DNA from: an uncultured Zetaproteobacteria bacterium | GTDB taxonomy: Bacteria; Pseudomonadota; Zetaproteobacteria; Mariprofundales; Mariprofundaceae | Direction of reading: 5' to 3' | Length of the DNA: 64,000 nt | Assembly: GCA_964624255.1 (NCBI GenBank) | Contig: CAZUWV010000001.1 | Span: 11,666 to 75,665, forward strand | In this document: positions 57,578-64,000 of the stretch, piece by piece | How positions within the stretch are numbered: position 1 is the first letter of the stretch | Layout of the letters: the number at the start of each line of letters is the position of its first letter | Translations under genes and position numbers: made by a program | Notes under the pieces: generated by a model | What the model was told of the DNA's origin: nothing | Database searches by the model: none | The model's input: the letters and a program-made list of their open reading frames with translations, nothing else

Positions 57578-58042
57578 ATGCTAACAGCATCGCTCCCCAT
57601 GCCCAAACGTTCTTCTCCCGACTATGGGCCTGAGCATGCTCCCCGACCGCAAAACTGGCAGGGTGTCGAATCAGGCTTGGCGGAGGCCTCCAGCCTGTTT
57701 CGGCGAAACAAGCTCTCCCGTGCCGAAAAGGTGATGCGGCAAGTGCTGGAATTTGCACCGATGGAAGGGCGAGCGTGGCATGTTTTGGGCCGTATATTGC
57801 AAACATCTGGCCGCCATGCCGAGGCGCTGGATTGTTTTGCCAGTGCGGAGTCCTGCTATGGGCGTAACGGATGTGACCAAAGGTCGCCGGCATCCGTGCG
57901 ACTGGCTCACCTGTTATGGAATCAGGGTGAATACGGTGAGGCCCGCGTCATGCTAGGCGCGTTGATGGCGCGTGACCCGGATAATGGCGGCTTGCGGCAA
58001 CTCCGCGAAGCATGGTCGCCACAGGGTGGGCAAGGCGCATGA
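57578..58042 (+). CDS. TPR-repeat hypothetical protein
   Basis: About 154 aa with TPR-like helices ([42 protein letters not shown]). Its stop overlaps the aroQ start (ATGA). The start is uncertain among 57560, 57578 and 57599. Confidence 0.5.
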   Translation: MLTASLPMPKRSSPDYGPEHAPRPQNWQGVESGLAEASSLFRRNKLSRAEKVMRQVLEFAPMEGRAWHVLGRILQTSGRHAEALDCFASAESCYGRNGCDQRSPASVRLAHLLWNQGEYGEARVMLGALMARDPDNGGLRQLREAWSPQGGQGA

Positions 58043-58494
58043 AACCTCTGCGTATTCTGGCCATACATGGGCCGAATCTGAACCTCCTTGGGACACGCGA
58101 ACCAGACCACTATGGATTGCGGAGCCTGGCTGATATTAATGAGGGCCTCAGCGTTACCGGAGATAAGCTGGGTTGCGAAATTGCCACCTTTCAGAGTAAT
58201 CATGAAGGCGATCTGGTGGAACGTATTCATCAGGCCGCAACTGAACATACGGATGGCATTGTTATCAATCCCGCTGCCTATACCCATACCAGCGTTGCCT
58301 TGCGGGATGCACTGCTTGCCTGCCATATTCCTTTTGTGGAGCTCCATTTGTCGAATATTCACCGCCGTGAGGAATTCCGGCACCGTTCCATGTTGGCCGA
58401 TATTGCGGTGGGCATCGTTGAGGGTTTTGGTCCGGCATCCTACCAACTGGCTTTGCAGGGGTTGGCTGAACATTTGCGCGCCAATAAAGTTTAA
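58039..58494 (+). CDS. aroQ: type II 3-dehydroquinate dehydratase
   Basis: The sequences [26 protein letters not shown] and [30 protein letters not shown] are canonical. It sits in the conserved aroQ-accB-accC order. Confidence 0.9.
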   Translation: MKPLRILAIHGPNLNLLGTREPDHYGLRSLADINEGLSVTGDKLGCEIATFQSNHEGDLVERIHQAATEHTDGIVINPAAYTHTSVALRDALLACHIPFVELHLSNIHRREEFRHRSMLADIAVGIVEGFGPASYQLALQGLAEHLRANKV

Positions 58495-58518
58495 GCTCAT
58501 TCATTCAAGGAGACACCC

Positions 58519-58989
58519 GTGGATATTTCTCAGATTCGCAAACTTATCCGACTGATTCAAAGTTCGGATGTGACCGAAATCGAGATCACCGAAGGCGATC
58601 AAACAGTGCGTATTTCTCGCCGCGAACATTTTATTACGTCACCGGTGTCGTTTGCGGCACCAGCCTCCGTTGTCGTCGCACAGACTACCGCCGCGGCGAC
58701 CCCCGAGGCGGTAGTACCACCGCCCGCAGCTAAAGACCATCCTGATCATGTCGTAAAATCCCCCATGGTCGGGACCTTCTACCGCGCACCGTCGCCGGAA
58801 GCCGGCCCCTTTGTCAATGAAGACACCAAGGTCAGGAAAGGCGATATTCTTTGTATCATTGAGGCGATGAAACTGATGAATGAAATCGAGGCTGAATATG
58901 ATGGCGTTGTAAATAAAATCTTGGTGGATAATGCTTCTCCACTCGAATATGGCCAGCCAATGTTTGTGATTACCCCGCTGGAACAATGA
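58519..58989 (+). CDS. accB: biotin carboxyl carrier protein of acetyl-CoA carboxylase
   Basis: 156 aa with a GTG start, an Ala/Pro-rich linker and the biotinylation motif [10 protein letters not shown]. Confidence 0.9.
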   Translation: MDISQIRKLIRLIQSSDVTEIEITEGDQTVRISRREHFITSPVSFAAPASVVVAQTTAAATPEAVVPPPAAKDHPDHVVKSPMVGTFYRAPSPEAGPFVNEDTKVRKGDILCIIEAMKLMNEIEAEYDGVVNKILVDNASPLEYGQPMFVITPLEQ

Positions 58990-59002
58990 ATGTATTTAAT
59001 GA

Positions 59003-59241
59003 TAAGGGCCAATTGCAAAACTCTGGGCGGATGAGCGACACTTTCGCCCTGAGTCCATTTTTGGGGTGGAATGAGGTGCATGGTGGTTCCATGGGCCGGA
59101 ATTTCAGCAGGGACAAAAAGATCACAGGCCATTTGGACGCCCGTAAGGGCGGGGTGCAAGCCCCGAGGACCAACGGCCCGAATCAGATGGGCCGACATGG
59201 GGAAGCCGATCGCTGCTCACGAGTTTTGCAAGAGGCTCATA
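59003..59241 (+). mobile_element. family-B MITE-like element, copy B2, inside the accB-accC spacer
   Basis: Its ends are TA-AGGGCCAATTGCAAAACTC and CACGAGTTTTGCAAGAGGCTCA-TA. The core is GAGTCCATTTTTGGGGTGGAATGAGGTGCATGGTGGTTCCATGGGCC, plus an extra segment also present in B1. Confidence 0.8.
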
Positions 59242-59325
59242 AGCCATTGATTTGTGCTTCCGCCCATCTGTCTGCGTATTGCATGCAGACAGGCGGCCAT
59301 GCCGATGGTTTTGTGGAACATCAGC

Positions 59326-60675
59326 ATGTTTAACAAGATTCTGATTGCCAACCGGGGCGAGATCGCCGTACGCATCATCCGCTGTTGCAAGGAGCTGGGC
59401 ATCGGCTCCGTTGCCGTGTACTCAGAAGCCGACCGTGACGCTATGCACACCCGTCTGGCTGATGAGGCGGTATGTATTGGCCCCGCAGCTAGCGCGCAGT
59501 CGTACCTGAATATCGCGGCCATTATGTCGGCGGCGGAACTTACCGATGTACAAGCGATTCATCCCGGCTATGGTTTCCTGGCGGAGAATGCCGAATTTGC
59601 GGATATTGTGATAGAATCGGGGTATACATGGATCGGTCCAAGCCCTGAATCCATGCGGATCATGGGTGACAAGGTCACTGCCAAGAGAGCCATGGGAGGA
59701 GCGGGCGTACCCCTGATTTCCGGCTCCAGCGGTGCCGTGCGAGATGTGGAAGAAGCCAGGCGCGTTGCCAGAGAGACGGGCTTCCCTGTCATCGTTAAGG
59801 CATCCGCTGGCGGTGGTGGGCGCGGCATGCAGGTGGTGCATAGCGAAGCTGCGTTATCCGGCGCATTGAATAAGTGTCAAACAGAGGCAGCGGCAGCCTT
59901 TGGTGACGAAACTGTATTTATCGAGAAGTTTCTGGAGGAACCTCGTCATATCGAGGTGCAGGTGCTCGGCGACACGCATGGCAACATCGTCCACCTGTTT
60001 GAGCGAGAGTGCTCCATACAGCGCAACAACCAGAAGGTGCTGGAGGAGGCACCCAGCCCCTTTGTCGATGAAAAAACGCGGAAGCTCCTGTGCGATGCGG
60101 GGATAGCCGCAGCCAAGGCTGTAGCTTATGTCGGTGCCGGAACCATTGAATTCCTGATGAACCCGGACAAGTCTTTTTATTTCATTGAAATGAATACGCG
60201 CATTCAGGTGGAGCATCCGGTAACCGAATGGATTACCGGCGTGGACCTGGTCGAATGGCAAATTCGCGTGGCTGCTGGTGAGGCCCTGGCATTCACGCAA
60301 GAGAAGATTAAAAAGAAGGGCCACGCGATTGAGTGCCGCATTAACGCCGAGCATCCGTTTAAGTTCACACCCTCGCCCGGAACAATCAAGCTTTATCATG
60401 CACCGGGTGGCCGTAGTGTGCGTGTGGATTCCGCTATTTACACCGGTTGCCAGGTGCCGCCGTATTATGATTCCATGATCGGAAAAATCATCACCCACGC
60501 ACGGACCCGGGAAAAATGTATTCGTCGCATGCAACGGGCTATCAACGAACTGGCCATTATCGGCATCACAACGAACCGTGAGTTACATGAGAGGTTGTTG
60601 GCTAACACGGCTTTTCAAAAGGGTGATTTTAATATCCATTTCCTGGAGCGCTGGCTGAAAGAAATGCATTTATAA
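59326..60675 (+). CDS. accC: biotin carboxylase subunit of acetyl-CoA carboxylase
   Basis: The N-terminus MFNKILIANRGEIAVRIIR is canonical, and ATP-grasp motifs are present. The listed ORF start at 59254 lies in the repeat-containing spacer. Confidence 0.95.
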   Translation: MFNKILIANRGEIAVRIIRCCKELGIGSVAVYSEADRDAMHTRLADEAVCIGPAASAQSYLNIAAIMSAAELTDVQAIHPGYGFLAENAEFADIVIESGYTWIGPSPESMRIMGDKVTAKRAMGGAGVPLISGSSGAVRDVEEARRVARETGFPVIVKASAGGGGRGMQVVHSEAALSGALNKCQTEAAAAFGDETVFIEKFLEEPRHIEVQVLGDTHGNIVHLFERECSIQRNNQKVLEEAPSPFVDEKTRKLLCDAGIAAAKAVAYVGAGTIEFLMNPDKSFYFIEMNTRIQVEHPVTEWITGVDLVEWQIRVAAGEALAFTQEKIKKKGHAIECRINAEHPFKFTPSPGTIKLYHAPGGRSVRVDSAIYTGCQVPPYYDSMIGKIITHARTREKCIRRMQRAINELAIIGITTNRELHERLLANTAFQKGDFNIHFLERWLKEMHL

Positions 60676-60841
60676 GAGAGCCTCTTGCAAAAGTCTGAGT
60701 AGATGAGCGGCAATCCCACGTTGAGTCCATTTTCGGGATGGAATGAGGTGCATGGTGGTTCCATGGGCCGAAATTCCAGCATGGGAATGGGCCAAAGTAG
60801 GGAAGCCGATCGCCGCTCATGAGTTTTGCAAGAGGCTCATA
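60673..60841 (+). mobile_element. family-B MITE-like element, copy B3, between the convergent accC and methyltransferase genes
   Basis: Its ends are TA-AGAGAGCCTCTTGCAAAAGTC and CATGAGTTTTGCAAGAGGCTCA-TA. It shares the same core as B2. Confidence 0.8.
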
Positions 60842-61523
60842 AGTCAACCTTTATGAAATTATTGCGTTTCAGTGCCAATGTGAGCCCATCGGCGATGGGC
60901 AGCATGGATAGCTCAATACGGCCATCTCCTTTCAGTTTCGTATTGAGGGCGCGGATCGCTCTTGTGTCGGTATCGTGTTTGTCCGAGTCGACCACACTCC
61001 CGCCCCAGAGTGTATTGTCGACGCAGATCAACCCGCCGGGGCGGATGAGCTTCAGGCAAGCTTCGTAGTAGGCATCGTAGTTTACTTTATCTGCATCAAT
61101 AAAGGCAAAATCAAACGTTTCCGACTGCCCGGTGGCCAGCAATGCGTTCAATGTTTCCAGCGCTGGCCGTAGTTTGAGGTGGATTTTGTCCAGTACCTCT
61201 GCCTCCTTCCAGAAGTGTCGCGCAACGGATGTCCAGTGCCCGGAAATATCGCAAGTCAGAATCTCGCCATCCTCCGGCAGCGCCAGCGCCATCCACAGTG
61301 TGCCGTAGCCCGTGTAAGTGCCTATTTCGAGGGCCCGCCTGGCTCCCGTCAGTTTGAGCAACATCGCCATAAACTGCCCTTGTTCGGGCGCTGAACGCAT
61401 GACGGACATCTTCTCTTGTTCGGTGGCTACGCGCAGCCGGCGCAACACCGCCGCCTCACGTAGCCCCACATCCAGCACATAATCGTAGAGCTGCACGTTG
61501 AGGTTAAGGGTCTTGTTTGCCAT
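60837..61523 (-). CDS. class I SAM-dependent O-methyltransferase (caffeoyl-CoA OMT-like family)
   Basis: 228 aa with the motifs ALEIGTYTGYG, FDFAFIDADK and LIRPGGLICVDNTLW. The stop codon lies inside the terminal repeat of a family-B element. Confidence 0.8.
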   Translation of the reverse strand: MANKTLNLNVQLYDYVLDVGLREAAVLRRLRVATEQEKMSVMRSAPEQGQFMAMLLKLTGARRALEIGTYTGYGTLWMALALPEDGEILTCDISGHWTSVARHFWKEAEVLDKIHLKLRPALETLNALLATGQSETFDFAFIDADKVNYDAYYEACLKLIRPGGLICVDNTLWGGSVVDSDKHDTDTRAIRALNTKLKGDGRIELSMLPIADGLTLALKRNNFIKVDL

Positions 61524-61576
61524 ACATTATCTCCTTGAGGTTCACACCCCGCCTACTTTACGGCATGCTCCGGCCC

Positions 61577-64000
61577 ATGCCCCACCTTGCTCTCATTGAT
61601 GGTCCCAATTATGTATTTCGCGCTTTTCATGCTATTCGGCAATTATCGAATGCAAAAGGCGAGCCGACGAACGCAGTGTTCGGCTATGTGCAAATGCTAC
61701 GCAGCATCCTCAAGGAACTTCAACCCACGCATGTGGCTGTCGCCTTTGATCCCCGGGGGGGGACGTTTCGTAACGACATGTATACTGAATACAAGGCGCA
61801 CAGACCGCCGATGCCGGAGGATTTGGTCGTACAGTGGCCGTATGTGCTTGAGGTGACCCGCAGATTCAATCTGCCACTCATTCAAATTGATCGCTACGAG
61901 GCCGATGATGTGATTGCCACGCTGGCGCGGCAAGCCGAGAGCGAAGGTTGGGACGTCACCATCGTGTCCACCGACAAGGATCTCATGCAACTGGTGGGAG
62001 ATCGTATCCGGATGCTCGACACCATGAAACGTATCGAATACGGCGCGGATGAAGTGAAGGCCAAATGGGGTGTGGCACCCGACAGGGTCCACGATCTGCT
62101 GGCGCTGGCCGGTGATACGTCGGACAACATTCCCGGCGTCCCCGGTATTGGTCCGAAAACAGCCGTGGAACTATTGGAAGCCTATGGTGATCTGGAAGGC
62201 GTGCTGGAACACGCGCCGGAAATTAAGCAAAACAAACGGCGCGAGAACCTGATTCAGCATGCCGAGGACGCGCGCCTTTCATATCAGTTGGTGGCGCTGG
62301 ACGAGCAAACGCCCGTAGGCATCACTCTGGATGAGCTGGCGGTACAGTCACCGGATCGGGAGAAACTGCTCCAACTCTTCGGACAACTGGAATTCCATCG
62401 GCTGGTGGATGAATTCAGCACTGGAATACCCGTTAAAGCCACAGAGGAACAGGCGGCACGCACGGATATTCTGGTGGATACGCCGGAGATATTGAACAGG
62501 CTGCTTGCGGCCCTTGAATCCGCGTCGCTCATTGCCGTGGATACCGAGACCACCTCCTTTTGTTGCCACGATGCCGATCTGGTCGGTTTGTCGTTTGCCG
62601 TCAAACCGGGAGAGGGCTGGTATGTGCCGGTTGGCCACCGATCCTCCGATTTATTCGACGAAACGCCGCGTCAGTTGCCTAGGGTGGATGTGTTATCTGC
62701 ATTGAAGCCCGTTCTGGAAAACCCGGAGATGTCCAAATGTGGCCATAACCTTAAATACGATATCCAGGTTCTCAGGCGTGTGGGAATCGAGCTCGCGGGT
62801 ATTGGCTACGATTCTATGTTGCTCGCCTATGTGGATGAACCGGGACAAGCGGTAAAGATGGATCACGTGGCGCTAAAATATCTTGGACACAACTGTATTT
62901 CATACGAAGACGTCGCGGGCAAAGGTGCCAGGCAGATCAATTTCTCTCATGTGCAGATCGCAACGGCACTCCCTTATGCCGCTGAGGATGCCGAAGTCAC
63001 CCTGCGCCTGACTCAGTTTCTGAGCGGCAAACTCGGCGGACGCATCGCGCACCACGATGATATTGAATTGCCCCTGTCCCGCGTACTGGCGGACATGGAA
63101 TGGATCGGCACCCACCTGGATACAGGTAAACTGGTTGAACTGTCCAGCCGCTTCGGTGAACGTGTCGAGGAACTCAAGAAACTCATTCATCAGGCCGCCG
63201 GCCAAACCTTCAATATCCAGTCGCCCAAACAACTGGGTGTCCTGCTGTTTGAAACACTGGCTATTCCCGGTGGTAAGAAGACAAAATCCGGCCAGTGGGC
63301 CACGGGTCAGGAGGTTCTGGCACACCTGGCTGAGGATCATGCGGTTCCGCGTCTGGTCCTCGAAGTGCGGCAGCTGGCCAAGCTTAAATCCACCTATACC
63401 GACGCACTACAAAAACTGATTCATCCCATAACAGGTCGGGTGCATACCTCGTACAATCAGGCCGTAACCACCACGGGGAGGCTCTCCTCGTCCGACCCGA
63501 ATTTGCAGAACATTCCGATCCGTAGCGAAGAGGGGAGGGAGATTCGCAAGGCATTTACCGCCGAGGATGGAAACTTGCTGATCGCTGCGGATTATTCGCA
63601 GATCGAGTTGCGACTGATGGCTCATTTCTCCGGCGATAGCGTGCTGAGTGACGCATTCGCCCATGGCGAGGATATTCATGCAGCGACCGCCGCCGCCGTT
63701 AACCAGGTGGTCTTGCAGGATGTTAGCCGCGATATGCGCCGCCATGCCAAGATTATCAACTTCGGTATCCTTTATGGTATGAGCGCTTTTGGTCTCGCCA
63801 AACAGTTGGGCGTTGGACGCGGCGAGGCGCAGGCCTTTATCGACGCCTATTTCGCGCAGTACCCCACAGTGCGCCACTTCATGCGGGAGACGCTGGACCT
63901 TGCGAGAAAACAGGGTTATATTGAAACCCTCCTCGGCCACCGGGTTTATGTACCGGAAATCAACGCCAGGAACGGGCTCCAAAGAAAGGCAGCCGAGCGC
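61577..64000 (+). CDS. polA: DNA polymerase I, N-terminal 808 codons (3' end outside the window)
   Basis: I translated this by hand, because the frame has no stop before the window end and is missing from the ORF track. The translation reads MPHLALIDGPNYVFRAFHA..GEPTNAVFGY (5' nuclease), DTETTS (3'-5' exo), and DYSQIELR, RRHAKIINFGILYGMSAFGL (polymerase motifs A and B). An in-frame ATG also exists at 61565. Confidence 0.95.
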   Translation, partial: MPHLALIDGPNYVFRAFHAIRQLSNAKGEPTNAVFGYVQMLRSILKELQPTHVAVAFDPRGGTFRNDMYTEYKAHRPPMPEDLVVQWPYVLEVTRRFNLPLIQIDRYEADDVIATLARQAESEGWDVTIVSTDKDLMQLVGDRIRMLDTMKRIEYGADEVKAKWGVAPDRVHDLLALAGDTSDNIPGVPGIGPKTAVELLEAYGDLEGVLEHAPEIKQNKRRENLIQHAEDARLSYQLVALDEQTPVGITLDELAVQSPDREKLLQLFGQLEFHRLVDEFSTGIPVKATEEQAARTDILVDTPEILNRLLAALESASLIAVDTETTSFCCHDADLVGLSFAVKPGEGWYVPVGHRSSDLFDETPRQLPRVDVLSALKPVLENPEMSKCGHNLKYDIQVLRRVGIELAGIGYDSMLLAYVDEPGQAVKMDHVALKYLGHNCISYEDVAGKGARQINFSHVQIATALPYAAEDAEVTLRLTQFLSGKLGGRIAHHDDIELPLSRVLADMEWIGTHLDTGKLVELSSRFGERVEELKKLIHQAAGQTFNIQSPKQLGVLLFETLAIPGGKKTKSGQWATGQEVLAHLAEDHAVPRLVLEVRQLAKLKSTYTDALQKLIHPITGRVHTSYNQAVTTTGRLSSSDPNLQNIPIRSEEGREIRKAFTAEDGNLLIAADYSQIELRLMAHFSGDSVLSDAFAHGEDIHAATAAAVNQVVLQDVSRDMRRHAKIINFGILYGMSAFGLAKQLGVGRGEAQAFIDAYFAQYPTVRHFMRETLDLARKQGYIETLLGHRVYVPEINARNGLQRKAAER

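Noticed and set aside
62900-63982. Minus-strand ORFs 62900-63340 and 63407-63982, and the small plus-strand ORF 61587-61856.
   Set aside because: This region is covered by a continuous plus-strand polA frame with canonical polymerase I motifs. The ORF track omitted polA only because it has no stop within the window. 61587-61856 is an out-of-frame ORF inside polA.

Overview
This window is a chromosomal, mostly housekeeping segment of a proteobacterium with gamma/beta-like gene order. I could not assign a genus from the sequence alone. I support 55 protein-coding genes.

Gene content from left to right:
- 3' part of rpoN, then hpf, ptsN, hprK, rapZ, an EIIA(Man)-type protein, HPr, ptsI, and bioB.
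- An ABM-fold protein, then a LysR regulator divergent from leuCD.
- An OmpA-like lipoprotein, then a co-directional block of a membrane PP2C phosphatase, fumC and two tandem paralogous hybrid histidine kinases.
- dxs-ispA-xseB, lipB, yaaA, ilvC, nrdAB, and metR/metE.
- A czcCBA-type heavy-metal RND efflux operon preceded by a small His-rich ORF.
- ispB, rpiA, a TVP38 protein plus a flavoprotein disulfide reductase, and a lipoprotein.
- bamD-pgeF-rluD, rne divergent from rluC, a Yip1-like protein, a small secreted protein, thiE, a cinA-like protein, hemE, and thiG-thiS.
- A TPR protein followed by aroQ-accB-accC, an O-methyltransferase, and the 5' 808 codons of polA. The polA frame is open to the window end, so it is absent from the supplied ORF track.

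I found no rRNA, tRNA, CRISPR array, prophage or transposase gene.

The most unusual content is non-coding. The intergenic spaces hold at least two families of short non-autonomous elements bounded by terminal inverted repeats (MITE-like).
- Family A is about 150-200 bp. Its ends sit in C-TA...TA-G context, which is the IS630-type CTAG target signature.
- Family B is about 170-240 bp with TA flanks.
- There are also collapsed TIR-TIR hairpins, a third hairpin repeat, and one A/B chimera.
- Several copies abut or supply gene stop codons (metE, rpiA, yaaA, the O-methyltransferase), or split normally tight operons (accB-accC, thiS-thiG).

I did not recognise a clear novel multi-gene system such as a defence or secretion system. 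The PP2C-fumC-kinase-kinase block and the permease-less PTS/HprK phosphorelay are the most system-like gene sets.
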